Origin: Malacoraja senta
Lineage: Eukaryota
Direction: 5' to 3'
Length of the DNA: 64,000 nucleotides
NCBI GenBank assembly: GCA_038087875.1
Contig: CM075978.1
Coordinates: 159,898,001 to 159,962,000 of the forward strand
The first letter of the stretch is position 1, and every line of letters begins with the position of its first letter. The notes beneath the pieces are model-generated. The model was not told the DNA's origin, did not search any database, and saw only the letters and a program-made list of their open reading frames with translations. Shown piece by piece: positions 28,450 through 42,030 of this stretch. A program made the position numbers and the translations under genes.

Positions 28450-28870
28450 TTGGCCAGACAGGTGAGAAATGAAATACTGTTGGCTCATTATAACAGTGCA
28501 GGAGATCACAGACAGGTCAGCATGGGAGTGTGATGGAGAATCAAAGTGCGGGGCAACAGGAAGGTCAGGGACACCCTTTCAGACTAAACAAAGGAACCCC
28601 ATGAAATGTAGTTTCTGCAGTGGAGACCAGATGTGAATACCAGATACACTACCGTGGTTTGGAACAGGTGCAAGAGAATCCCTACTTCAGCTGGAAGGAT
28701 TGCTTGGGCCCTAGTTGTGGAGAGGTGTGGCATCTCTTCTGCAAAGACATGGGGAAAATGCCATCAGAAGAGGAGGTGGTGGAGACAGAAGAGCTGACTA
28801 CATGACAGAAATGGTCCCTGCAAAATGCTGAAAAGGAAAGATAAAGAAAAAGTGATGGATTTGCTGGGTA
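28450..28870 (-). mobile_element. Old Penelope-like (Neptune-type) endonuclease region
   Basis: Minus strand QKRCHTSPQLGPKQSFQLK resembles the Cys-rich linker preceding the PLE GIY-YIG domain. Confidence 0.5.
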
Positions 28871-29400
28871 TGTTCTGCGGCCCTGCATTTTGCAACATTT
28901 ATGTTCCTTCATTTGTAAATTGCTCCTTTACCGTTTATGTTTCTTCTCTAACTGCCCTATTAATCAATTGAGCGGATCACCCAAGACAATCCTATCCTCA
29001 TCCGATCACATATATTCCGTTTATCCTATCCATCCCTTTACAAGTTCCCTGCAACTTAGCACATGCTTGTTTTCACTTTCCCAGTTCTGACAAAGGATCT
29101 TTGAGGCTGGAAAGTTAACTCCATTTCTCTTTGCACTGATGTTGTCTGACCTGCTGTGTGTTTCCACATTTGTTATTTTTATTATACTGTTGAGTGGAGA
29201 GAATGATTGGTATGAACATTGATATGGAATATGAGCACAGAATAAGTTATTGGAAATAAAGGCAGAAGATATTTTGTTAAGTAGATATCCAGCCTCCTCA
29301 AACTCCTTAATTAAGATTCCCCTCAATCTCTTCAATTCTGAAGAAAACAACCACATGCTGAGTTACTCCAGCATTTTGTGTCAAACCATATCTTATTCAT

Positions 29401-29480
29401 AGACACAAAAAGCTGGAGTAACTCAGCAGGACAGCGTGTCTATCTTCGGTTTAAACCAGCATCTGCAGTTCCATCTTACA
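29401..29480. mobile_element. Penelope-derived short insert with inverted tail and 14-bp TSD
   Basis: catatcttattcat at 29387-29400 and 29481-29494. Confidence 0.75.
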
Positions 29481-31455
29481 CATATCTTATTCATCATTTT
29501 CTGTGGTTAAATGTTCAAGAAGAGAGTCAGAAAATTGTATATATTAATATCATTAAACATGAATAGTGATAGTGAAAAACATCTTGCACCAAAGAATAAG
29601 TGGTATGTAGCCCTTGGCATCTGCCTAATGGACCAACACTATCGGTTTGTATATACAGTGCTCTTGATGGCCGGTGAAAAGGGGTGAAGATAGTCTCTGA
29701 TATACTATTGCCAATTTTCTTCTCTTGAAATCTGTTTAATTCTCTTTGAATATTGGATGGAGTACGAAGTATTCTCCCATGGGTCATTTACATCCACCTG
29801 GAATTATTATTGGTGGTTCCACTAATCAATGAATTAGGTGTAGTTTATTACTATTTGATCACCTGTTCTTGCTTTTCATATTGCATGTTAGATCAGAATT
29901 TTCTACTTGTTGGGCATTGAAAGTTGACAACAGCTACTATAACTTTTAGAAAGTCTTAATGTAATACTGGTTAGTTTAAAATATATCACACGATTAGCTT
30001 CCTTCATCTCCTTGGTTTTTCACTCACCAACAGTACAAACTACCTAATGACCTTTCAATTTAGATCTGCATTTGTGTTGTATCATCAGATCTTAAATTCA
30101 GTTCAGCTGGGACTCTTTGCTTGGAATAATTGCTAATTCTTTGGAATTCAGCGTAGCATTCCTGCACTATAAATACATGAAGCATAATTGATATCTTAAT
30201 TTGTAAATAATAAAAATCCACAATTTTAAATATACACCCAAGAAATAACAGCATTCCACAGATAAAGGATTTTTCCCTTTTGGTAATTTTTGTTTTTCTC
30301 TCTACGGCAAACCTTTGCATAGAAAAAGATTGGAGTGCTTTGATTAAAATGAAAGATACAGGCATGACTATATAACATGATTTAATATACCAGTTATTTA
30401 GGTATGTGTTATTAACTTGTCACTATTAGATTTTCAACCATTTTTGAAAATGCAATTCTGATTAAAATTGATGCTTCATTTCTAAATGCTTCATTTCTAA
30501 AGTGTAAAAAAATGTACAGACATGCTACAATTGTAAAACATTTCAGTGCAACATTATTGTACCTAAGAATGAATAAACAAGGCTGGAATCTTCTGCAGAT
30601 AAGCAAACCAGAATAATTAGCATAAACAAATAGTACGTTGAAAAAATCATTGAATGCATGCATAATTTCCATTTGAAGTGGAAATTTGAAGTACTTAATA
30701 TTGATATGTGCCCAGCTTTCCACATGATTTTGCAACTGGAGAAAAACTTGGAGGAGGTAGATCAGTTGTTAAGGTTCCCATTATGATGTATATCTATGTG
30801 CAAATACACAGGGAATTTCAGCCCACCACCCTCAGTAGCAGTGAACATCTGTGCTTCTTTTCACTTTTAATGGCACAAATAGGGCTTATCCATCTGTTTC
30901 TTTCACTGATGTATTTCCATAAAATGATTTTTACAAGTAAATGTAGTGTTATTCCCTCATGTCATTTGTTTTACATTATTAAACATTGCTTTTATAAAGT
31001 AGGTCCACTTCCCATCACTTCTACATCTCCCACTTACACCTAAATAATTATTTTTATTTACTTTCATGTTGTGTTCCAAACCAACGGCAAGTATTTTAAT
31101 GTATTGTCAATACCTCTCAGCAGATCAGTTCCTAATAATATATTGCTATTTTTTCACTGGTTGGACTATCTTAATATGTTTTTGTTCTTTGAAATCCTGT
31201 TCTTTCATCTTGAACCATTCAAGATCAATTGCTAATCAATGAGGATTTTCCCAGTATTTCCTCTGCTTGTGATTTTAAGTTCCATGTCACCAGATCAACA
31301 TCTCATTTCACTAGTCAACACTACTAGTCATGATATCCCTTCCATGTCACTTTTCAACTAAATAGATAATGATTGATGTATAAATTGTAGCAAACTTAAT
31401 AGTTCTATATGTAGTTATGCACAAATAATACTAAAACTTTGTCATTTTGTAATAA

Positions 31456-31716
<261 letters not shown>

Positions 31717-32838
31717 TGACAATTAATTTTGTTATGTGATAGGTCAGTGTTAGAGCATCTGCTGGTGATCTGTATTTAAAGGTCACCAGAGCAAGCTTAC
31801 CATGCCATTAATTTGTGTCTGTATCTCTTGTTACTGGGAAAATTGGAAAACTAACTTGGAAAACTATTTCACTAATTTTCCCAGGCTGCAAACATAAATG
31901 AAGCTTACATTTTTTTAAACCCTTGCACAGAGTGGTTGCTTCGTACATAAACTGGCGATTGCACAATTTCCCAGGTCACAGGAGTAATGTTGTACAGTTT
32001 GTTTAGTATTTTCTAATGTACAGCCAAATTAAACACTATCCAGAAAGAAAGATAAATGGATAAGTCATTCTTTATTTTTAAACTACACTCATTCACCATA
32101 TCAGTATTACTAATAGATTAAGCACTATGAGAACTGTCTTTAAGCAAATTAAAGATGCCAGTGTGGATTTGTCAGGTGGAGGTCAAAATTGTTGTTTAAT
32201 TATCATGCACAACATCTTCTAGTGGAATTTGAGTTTAGTCTTTTCCTATTCTGTTATTGATTTGCTTTCCTAAATCAGATATTAACATTCAGCTACATAA
32301 ACTCAAATTTATAATTAAGCTTGAAATTAAATTAAACTGCTGGAAATCTGAAATGAAAAGAGAAAATGCTGGAGAAGCTCAGCAGGTTAGACAGCCTTTT
32401 AGAGCTATAGAAAGAAGGGAGGGAGAAAAAAGAGAGAAAATGGGAAATTACCAATAACACAATTTTGGAGATAGGTCCGTAGATTATAAAGTGTAACTGT
32501 TCATCCAATCCTGGATTCAAGTTTCAGTCAAGCTTCCGTGCTGGACCAATTTACCCTTTCAGAAAATCAATAAATGGAGACCAAACAATTCTGATGTTAA
32601 CGTTGTTTTTCCGCAGATGCTGCCTGACCTGCTACGTTTTTTTTCCAGCATTTTCTAATTTTGTATGTAATTGGTTTTGATTTAAATAACATAATTATAA
32701 TGACACACAAGTTAAAACATCAGCAAGTGGGGCTTCAACTGACCCCCATCATCTGGGAAAGATAACAGATCTTTCATTCATTCTGGTCACCTAACTTGTG
32801 ATGATAATAATAGTTAACTTGCTATGTATAAGAAGGCA

Positions 32839-33718
32839 GGGTGGCAGTGTGAACTGTGAAGAGGATGCTATGAGAATGCAGGGTGAGTTGGACAGGTCGG
32901 GTGAGTGGGCAGATGCAGTTTAATGGGGATACATATGAGGTTATCCACTTTGGTAGCAAAAACAGGAAAGCAGATTATTATCTAAATGGTGTCAAGTTGG
33001 GAAAAGGGGAAGTACAATGGGATCTGGGGGTCCTGTTCATCAGTCAATGAAAGTAAGCATGTAGGTACAGCAGGCAGTGAAGAAAGCAAATGGCACGTTG
33101 GCCTTCATGGGAGGAGTATAGGAGCAAAGAGGTCCTTCTGCAGTTGTACAAGGCCCAAGTGAGACCACACCTGGGGTATTGTGTGCAGTTTTGGTCTCCC
33201 AATTTGAGGAAGGACATTCTTGCTATTGAAGGAGTGCAGCGTAGGTTCACCAGGTTAATTCTCGGGATGGCGGGACTGTCAGATGTTGATAGAATGGAGC
33301 GGCTGGGCTTGTATACTCTGGAATTTAGGATGAGAGGGGATCTTATTGAAATATATAGGATTATTAAGGGTTTGGACACTCTAGAGGCAGGAAACATGTC
33401 CCGATGTTGGGGGAGTCGAGAACCAGGGGCCACAGTTTAAAAATAAGGGGTAAGCCATTTACAACGGAGATGAGGAAAAACCTTTTCACACAGAGAGTTG
33501 TGAGTCTGTGGAATTCTCTGCCTCAGAGGGCAGTGGAGGCCGGTTCTCTGGATACTTTCAAGAGAGAGCTAGACAGAGCTCTTAAAGATAGCAAATGGAT
33601 ATGGGGAAAAGGCAGGAACGGGGTACTGATTGTGGATGATCAGCCATGATCACATTGAATGGCAGTGCTGGCTCGAAGGTCCGAATGGCCTACTCCTGCA
33701 CCTATTATCTATTGTCTA
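32839..33718 (+). mobile_element. CR1 LINE, 5'-truncated, frameshifted
   Basis: VRPHLGYCVQFWSP; FTQRVVSLWNSLP; ctattgtcta tail; ends about 55 nt upstream of the exon 22 acceptor. Confidence 0.93.
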
Positions 33719-33761
33719 AGCCTTCATTGAATATGTGTGGTTACAAGCATCCTTTGTTTAA

Positions 33762-33974
<213 letters not shown>

Positions 33975-34059
33975 TAAGATTATAATCTTCATATTTTTTA
34001 TCTCAATTATTTTTTAATTAAGACATTTAATCCTCTCATTTCATTTGATACCTGATCCT

Positions 34060-34360
34060 CCAACGACCCAGGTTTGATCCTGGCCTCTGGTGATGTCTGT
34101 GTGGTGTTAATATGCCCTCGCTTTGATAATGTGGATTCCCCCAGTTGACCTGGTTTGCTCCCACATCTTATGGATGTGCCAGTTGATGAGATAATTGGCC
34201 ACTGAAAATTAGGTGACGTGTGGATAGTAGGAGAATTGGCAGGGGTTGTGGGATGTTAATGAATGGGTATGTGAGACGGTATAGGTGACAGAGAAATAAG
34301 TAGAAAATGAGTTTGATCTAGAGTCGACATTCACTTAATGGGCTGAATGGTCATTTTCCA
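34060..34360 (+). mobile_element. Old V-SINE-like element
   Basis: B-box-like ggtttgatcc; V-domain-like tgctcccacatc...taattggccactg. Confidence 0.5.
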
Positions 34361-34719
34361 AATTGTAAGGCAAGCTAAAACATCAACTTAGACCAGTCAA
34401 CTTCACCTTAAAAGTAGCTGCTAAATGGAGCACAGCCTGTTTAGAGGTCTCCCTGTAGGTCATCTCCATACAAACACCCCTTACTCTGGAAATTAACTGG
34501 GCTCTGCCTCATGCACAATGGTGAGGGTGAAGACAAGAACCTGACAGCATGGGAATTAAAGGGGCAACATTCTGCATGCAGATGATTCCCGGTACTGCCC
34601 TTAATATTTTTTTAAATTGCAATAAGTTTTGTATTTATTAAATATTTTTGAAATTGATTTTCCATTGAATATTCAAATTCAATTTAAGAATTTCAGGAAT
34701 TTACCTTTAGTTCTGATCT

Positions 34720-34848
34720 CTTAATGATAGCGGTGTCAGGGGATATGGGGAGAAGGCAGGAACGGGGTACTGATTTGGAATGATCAGCCATGATCACATT
34801 GAATGGCGGTGTTGGCTCGAAGGGCCGAATGGCTCCTATTGTCTATTG
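34720..34848 (+). mobile_element. CR1 3'-end fragment
   Basis: Near-identical to the 61550-61685 tail. Confidence 0.85.
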
Positions 34849-34994
34849 TTCAGATTTCATGTGGCTTCAGATGTTCAAATTTGAATGATTGGAATTTAAT
34901 GCCGTAATATTTAGTTAGGGAGTCAAATGGAGAGAATGGAATCCTAATAATTTGATGTTGAAATAAATTGAGATCATTTATATGACATTCATAA

Positions 34995-35087
<93 letters not shown>

Positions 35088-35424
35088 TAAGTAACATTGA
35101 AAAGTTATTGAAAAATAATTGTATGCATGAAAAGAATCTTTGATGATGCACATTCTGAAACATTTGCAGTTTTTTTTGGTCATCTGCAATATTCTGTCAA
35201 TTAAATCCATGAGTGAACTGTGGATGGAGATGTTAATATCTGTCACCGTGACTGCCACCATCGACTGAATTGGTAGTCTTGACAGAGCAACTAGAATAGG
35301 TCTGTGTCAGGCAGCGAGTTTGCCATGATTGGAGTGGTAGAAGTAACTGCCACACAGTCTCTGTGGAAAGAAAACTGACGACATTCCCATTATTTTGTAT
35401 GATACTGCAGTCATGTTAAATAAT

Positions 35425-35785
35425 AGAAACAAGAAACTGCAGATGCTGGTTTACCAAAGAAAGACACAAAATGCTGGAGCCGGGCAGCATCCCTGGAGAT
35501 CTAAGCTGGGCAGCATCCCTGGAGAACACGGATGGGTAAAGTTTCGGGTCGGGACCCTTCTTCAGGCTGATGGCAGGAGTGGGAGGAAAGAAAGCTAGAA
35601 GTGTGGAGGGGCAAGACAAAGCATGGGAGACCATAGGTGAACACAGGTGCAATGTACGAGGCCCAGGCCAGAAAGGTCAGTATGAGAATGAGAAGGGGAG
35701 TTAAAATGGTTAGCAATTGGGAGTTTCCCCGAGCCTTGGCGGACAGAACGCAAATGTTCAGCGAAATGGTCGGCAAAACCATTCT
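35425..35785 (-). mobile_element. Penelope-like element fragment (GIY-YIG C-terminus plus terminal repeat with hammerhead core)
   Basis: FAEHLRSVRQGSGKLPIANHFNSPSHS; minus-strand CTGAAGAAGGGTCCCGACCCGAAAC at 35541-35565. Confidence 0.8.
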
Positions 35786-35909
35786 GCATGTATTCTGCAA
35801 TCTGGTACTTTTCTTTTCGCACTTGTTATTTTTATGTGTGGCTTGATTGTACTCATGTATAGTATGATTTGTCTGGATAGCAAGCAAACTCATTTTCTTC
35901 ACTGTTGGA

Positions 35910-36770
35910 GGTCAATCTCCCAGTCCCACGACATTGTGGCACGAGTTCTTCGGGGCAGTGTCTAAGATTCAAAATCCAAAGATCTTGACCTGCTTCATCA
36001 ATGATCTTTCAATAATAAGGTCAGAAGTGGAGATGTTCATTTCCATTCACAATTCCTCCACAAATGAAAAAGTCTTTGTCTGCATGAGCAAGACCTAATC
36101 AACTTTCTGGTGTTAGATAATAAGTGGCAAATAACATTGATCCCACAAAAGTTCCAATCAATGGTCGTCTCCAATGTGAGAGAGTGTAACCACCTCCCCT
36201 TCTTACTCAATTATAAATCCATTGTTGAGTTCCCCACTGGCAACATTCTTTTGTGCCACTATTGACCGGAAACTCAACTTGACCATCCACATGTTGTAGC
36301 TCCGTCAGCGTTTGAATTACCATCTGATATCGCGAAGCCTTTCCACCATCTACTAGGCATAAACTATAGTGTAATGCAACACACCTACTTACAAGATTTT
36401 GTGTAGCTTCAAGAACACTCGAGCAGCTCAACCAGGATAAATCATTAGACTTGATTAGTACCCCCTTTAAACATTCATTCCCTCAACCACCAGCTCACAG
36501 TGAATGCAATTTGTACCGTATATAAGATGTAGCCCAGTTATACACCTAGTCAATTCCAACAACACTCCCAAACCCGTCACCTCCAGCTCAAAGAGCGACA
36601 AAGGGTTTAGGTGCATGTGAACACCATCATTTGCATGTTCCCCATTAAAATTAAAATTTTCTTTTCTCAACGTTGCTGGGTTTAAATCCTGGACTTCCCT
36701 GTCCAAGAGGATTGTGGGAGTAACTTCGCCAGATGGATTGCAACAGGTTCAACAATGTTTTCTTGAGGAT
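35910..36770 (+). mobile_element. Decayed LINE RT fragment (L2/CR1 group)
   Basis: gagttcttcggggcagtgtc (GVPQGSVL-like) followed by tgcttcatcaatgatct (FINDL). Confidence 0.55.
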
Positions 36771-37435
36771 TGCAGAACTGGTGGAAAAAATTGAGGGAAC
36801 ATGACCCAATGTAGTTCAGCAAGCTGAGAGACTAAGTGGAATTTGATACAAGTTGTGTTATGAGTGGCAGAGTTTTGGACGGGCTGAAATTTATGGAGAG
36901 TTGGGAATGGAAAACTAACTGTTGAGCATTGATCTATTCTTGTGTGGAGGCAAGTGATGCAAGATGGGTTTCAGTAGGAGTTAGCCAATACTAAGGGAAG
37001 GAAGTCGATAGTTCTTTTGATGGAAAAGAAACGGAATGGAAACCATAAGTTTAGCACAATAAAGTTGCAAACAGTCTGAGTGGGAATGATTATTTTCACT
37101 CTGTATCTCAGAAACTCTCAAGGGTAATTTTAGCACTTTGGCTTCTAGCCTAGTTATGAGCATGCAAAGCAGAGCACAGACTAAAAACAAACATTTCAGT
37201 CAATAAAAAAGGAACTGTCAGAGAGTTCCAATGTTTTAGAATATATTTGGATGATTGCATTAGAATATAGGCTTGATTATTTCAGATGAATCTATTTTTG
37301 TGTAACACACCCTTGCATGCATTTGTTTTGTCTTGCTGTACAACGGTTCGTTAAAGGCAGATGGAAGCTGGTCCTTAGAATATTTTCAAGGCAGATGTTG
37401 GTGGATACTTGATAAGCAATGGGCTGAAAGGTTAT

Positions 37436-37575
37436 GTGTAGGAAAGAACTGCAGATGCTGGTTTAAATCGAAGGTCTGAAGTCTGAAGATGGGTCTCAAC
37501 CCGAAACGTCACCCATTTCTTCTCTCCAGAGATGCTGCCTGTCCCACTGAGTTACTGCAGCATTTTGTGTCTACC
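37436..37575 (+). mobile_element. Penelope-derived insert: inverted tail plus intact hammerhead core, 14-bp TSD
   Basis: ggctgaaaggttat at 37422 and 37576; CTGAAGA-T-GGGT-ctca-ACCC-GAAAC-GTC at 37483-37510. Confidence 0.8.
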
Positions 37576-39399
37576 GGCTGAAAGGTTATTGCAGGTAGAG
37601 AGGAATGCAGATTTGAGGTTGCAGTCAGTTTAGCCAGATGTGGTTGAAGGGCTGAGTGGCCTTTTCTTGCTTGTGACTTGTATGTTTGTATACCATACCA
37701 CTGCCATCAGAGATAAACCAACACAAGGAATGGGAATCTTTTACAGTGATCACTAACACAATGTTAAAATCCAAAGTCAGTATAGTGAATCCTATGTTTG
37801 ATCAAAGAGAGTTACAATTGGTGATTTTTATTTTAGGTTTTACAATGTTTCTAAAGAATGAAAGCTGGAATCTTTGGTGCTGTGATTGTTCACCGCCCTC
37901 CAAAGTTCCCTCAATGTTTTTACTGGCTTCACCTCAAAAGTAGTTTTTATGTCCCCAGTTGGAAAGATAGTTGCAAGCTTTCAATTTATTCACCATATTG
38001 CCAAAAGAACCACTAATGTTAATGTAATAAAACTGTGAACTGTCAGAAGCAGTTTTATTTCTTTCAAGTTAACACCCTCCAACACTTCACACATTTTTTA
38101 AAGTTAACAAATAAACACCTGCCATTCATCTCATAATCTTGAGTCCCTCTTTATTTTTAACTATTATTCTTCCAATTTCTGAAAATAATTGAATAGCTAC
38201 CTATTGCAGTTTTTTTTTCTCCCCCTTTTCTTCTGGCTTTTGCCATCTTGTATCTGAAAACAGCTGTCAAAATCTGTTTAGACGGGATATGTACTGGCTT
38301 CAAAGACATAACTTAATGTTCAGAATATAAAATTGCTTCAATTACAGTCTGTCTCAGAACTTTGAATAGCCAAAAATATCCAATTGTTAAAATCATCTCT
38401 AGGCAATCATCTAGGTCCAACTCCTAGAAAGTCAAGGTCATCTTTTCTTCCCTATCCTTATGTTTTATTTGTTTGTGTGGTGGGTATAAATTGCAAACCT
38501 GACATTTTATTGCCCCCCCATCCATAATTGCTCTTAAACTGAATGGTCATGTGATGGTTTACGACAAACAGAAATGTGAGTCTGAAGATATATATGTGCC
38601 AGATTTCCGTCCCTGATGCCTTATTTTGCAACACCTAGGTGATTTCACGAACACACTTCCTAGCACTAGTTTTTATTACAGATTTATTCATTTAACTGAA
38701 TAGTTAAATTCATTTAATTGCTCAGTTGCTGTGCTGGGACTTCAACTCATGTCTGTGGTTCAGTACTCCAAGCCACTGAGCTAATGGTCGGCATGGACAA
38801 GTTGAGTCAAATGACCCAACTTTATTCTTTATCCTTTATTCTTGGCTATCTCAGTAACGGAATTGAAAAATATTTGATTTAATGGCCCAATTCAAATTAG
38901 AAGAATAACATGTTCCGCCTGAGTAATCTACAACCTAATGGTACGAACATTAAATTTTCCAATTTCAGGTAATGCTTATCTGCTATGTGTTGTCCTCTTT
39001 TCCATAACCCCTTCTTCTCACTCCAGCCCTCCATCACCCATTACTGTCCTCCTCGCCCTCTAATTCTATCTACCTACTATCCACACATTTTACCCATCAC
39101 TCTCTCCCCACCTCTTCCCCATCTGGTTCTTGTTCCATCTCCCTTCATATTGGTAGTTTATCACCCTCCTAGCTCACAAGATCATGAAAGTGTTAAATTG
39201 TCAAAGTACCCGCAACCGAACTATTTCTTACTGCAGCTTTACAGGCCCATTAAGGCAATAGAATACAATGAATGTACAATAATCCATAATACAATAAATC
39301 AAAAGCAGTTATACTAGGTAATCAGATCATGATAGAGCAAAGAAAACAAAGTATGTAGTGCAAACAAAGGCAAAAAACATAGTAGATCGTAATTGCTGA

Positions 39400-39610
39400 G
39401 ATAGGGTTGTCGTTAGTGCTGTGCAGTGTTTGAGACTATGAAGGTTGTTGGGAAGAAGCTGTTCTTGAACCTGCAGATCCTGGTTTTCCGGCTACTGCAC
39501 TTTCTTCCCAATGGTCGTGGCGAGATGAGAGTGTGGCCAGGCTGGTGTGGGTCTTTCATGATATTGGCTGCCATTTTGAGGCAGCATCTCCTGTACATCC
39601 ATTCAATGGA
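39400..39610 (-). mobile_element. Rex1/Babar LINE 3' fragment
   Basis: IMKDPHQPGHTLISPRPLGRK...RFKNSFFP is typical of the Rex1 C-terminus. Confidence 0.7.
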
Positions 39611-40056
39611 TCTTCAGGATCCACCTGTCTTCACCTTCACCCTCGCTTCCCTACCCTCCCCCACCCCTCTCCCCCCCCACACCTCACCTTTTATTTTGCC
39701 TCCATCTATGATATCTATCATCCATTTGCCTCTCTTCCAATTCTACCACTCCTCCTCCCCTACCTGGCTCCATTTGCCCAGCATCCTTCATCCCTCCTCA
39801 GTCTCCTGCCCTTAACTCACTCTTTCCCCTCTCCTTGGTTATCTTCCTTCCCCATTCTGTCGGAACGTGGACAATTCCTTTCCTCCCCACAGGTGCTGAT
39901 CAATCCGATGAGTTACTTTAGCAGGTTGTTGCTCCAAATTTCAGCTTCTGCAGTCTCTTGTGTCTCCATCTTGTTTGAAATAGGGAATTGCAGTTTGAAA
40001 TAGGACATTAATTACTTACAAATAATTAAAATTATTTTAAAATAATTAACATATGA

Positions 40057-40200
<144 letters not shown>

Positions 40201-40749
40201 TAGGTTCATTCAGCTGCAGAGAAGAAACATCGAATAAGGAAATATTATTAAACATTCAGAAGACAGTGGCTACTATGAAGAACTTCTAGCTTAAGTTTGC
40301 TTCCATATGTCGCTTTAATTGATCTCTGTATAATGTGTTCTGTTTGTTTTTAGGATTTAACCGGTTAATTAATAATAATATAACATTACTTTCATGACTG
40401 AGATACATGTTCCTTTCTCTGAATCCGTCATAGGTTTATTTTAAATGAACTGCTACTGAATTATTATCCGTTACACCTTCGACACTTAGTGACACTTAGC
40501 GACAAAGTTCAATACGATAGAACTTTATTTATCCCAGGAGGGAAATTAATTTGCCAACAGTCATAGAAAACACAAAATACATGAAACATTAAATTAAAGT
40601 GAGGAGTGGAAAGGCTTTGGGGATGTGCAAAGATTGAGGAGGTGCTGGGGGAGGGGAGTCAGTCTCAGTCTACCCCACGACAGAAGGGGGAGGAGTTGTA
40701 AAGTTTGATAGCCACAGGGAAGAAGGATCACCTGTAGTGTTCAGGTTCT

Positions 40750-40960
40750 TCCACCCATGTAGAAATGGGAAACCAGTTGCTGGTTTACAAGAAAAGATAC
40801 AAAGTGAAGAAGGTACCCTGACCCGAAACGTCAATCTGAAGAAGAGTCCTGACCCGAAACATCAATCTGACGAAGTCACGATCCGAAATGTCACCATGCC
40901 ATATTCTGTAGAGATGCTGCCTGACCCGCTGAGTTACTCCAGCACTGTGTCTTTTTTTTC
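40750..40960 (+). mobile_element. Penelope-derived insert with three tandem hammerhead-like cores (40804-40892)
   Basis: (C/G)TGANGA-N11-14-GAAA(C/T)-RTC-aat repeated three times with a 31-32 nt period, followed by the usual gagatgctgcctgacccgctgagttactccagc tail. Confidence 0.7.
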
Positions 40961-41189
40961 TCTTCCACTCATCTCTGGTTCTGGCAAGCCATTCAAGGTT
41001 TCCCAAGCTTTGCTTCATGTTTTTCAGAGAATTTCCACAATCCCTCACCATGCTGTCCTTCATTTTCACTTCAGGTATCCATCTTTAGCTGTTCGCGTGT
41101 GGAATCACCTTCCACCTGAAGCACATGGCTCATCCATTTCCAGTGCTCGTGATGTTTATGGTGCTTATTTCATCTTGACTGCACTGTAA

Positions 41190-42030
41190 AATCTGGTCTC
41201 AGTTTGGGATTGTTTTAGGCCAAGAGATACAGAGGCAGGCTGTATAAAGTGAAGTCTGGGCATGTGAAGTTCTGCTATTCCTCAGTGTTCTGGTAGAGAA
41301 GTGTCGATAGATCTCAGGTTTTGTCTGGGTGTTATAGTTTGATGTTCTTCCGGCTACATGTAAGCTCCTGAAGGTATTCCTGACTCGTGATTTTGTTCTT
41401 GATGTCTTGGCTTGTTCCACAATCCTGACTGATGGCACTGTTCAAGTGTGTGAATGTTTCAGCATTAGAGGTAACGATTTTATGTCCATACTGATGATGG
41501 TGAATCAAGATGAAAGGTTATAATATCTGTTACTCAGTTAATTTTACGTGTGATTTGTTGGCTGAATGTATTGAGTAATTGCTTCGTTCTTTCATGTGTT
41601 ATTGGGTATGTGAGATGATTTTGTAGGGTGTCTATCTGTTGTCTCTTGGGGTATCTTCTGTTGTACACCATGTTTCCCACTAGCAAAATTGAAGAGAATT
41701 GCAGACATGCCATTCCCTTGATATGCCGTAGTTTTGTCTTCTAAGCAGATCAACGATTCGTGTAACGTTGGCTTGGATATATTTGATATTGATTGTACAA
41801 CGAAGGATTCCTTATTCTCGCAGAGTATTCCATAGTCTAATCCAATGAATGGTGTTAGAGGTTTTCTCAATGTCTGTGAAATGTATGTAGAGAGGCTGGT
41901 CCCATTCTCTGTATTGTTCTATTACATCTTGTGCATAAAGATCTGGGCTGTGCTGCCATCTCTTTCCAAATACTTTTCTGGGAATGCGACCAGCTGCTTC
42001 TGATGTGCTGGACTGTGATCTTGCACATTA
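41190..42030 (-). mobile_element. Decayed RTE-clade LINE reverse-transcriptase fragment
   Basis: Minus strand reads IEQYREWDQPLYIHFTDIEK...IRLWNTLRE*GI and YQGNGMSAILFN (RT motifs), with frameshifts. Confidence 0.65.

Noticed and set aside
41190-42030. Gypsy LTR pol (TDHKPL-like) remnant
   Set aside because: A better reading gives non-LTR RTE RT motifs (PLYIHFTDIEK, QGNGMSAILFN)
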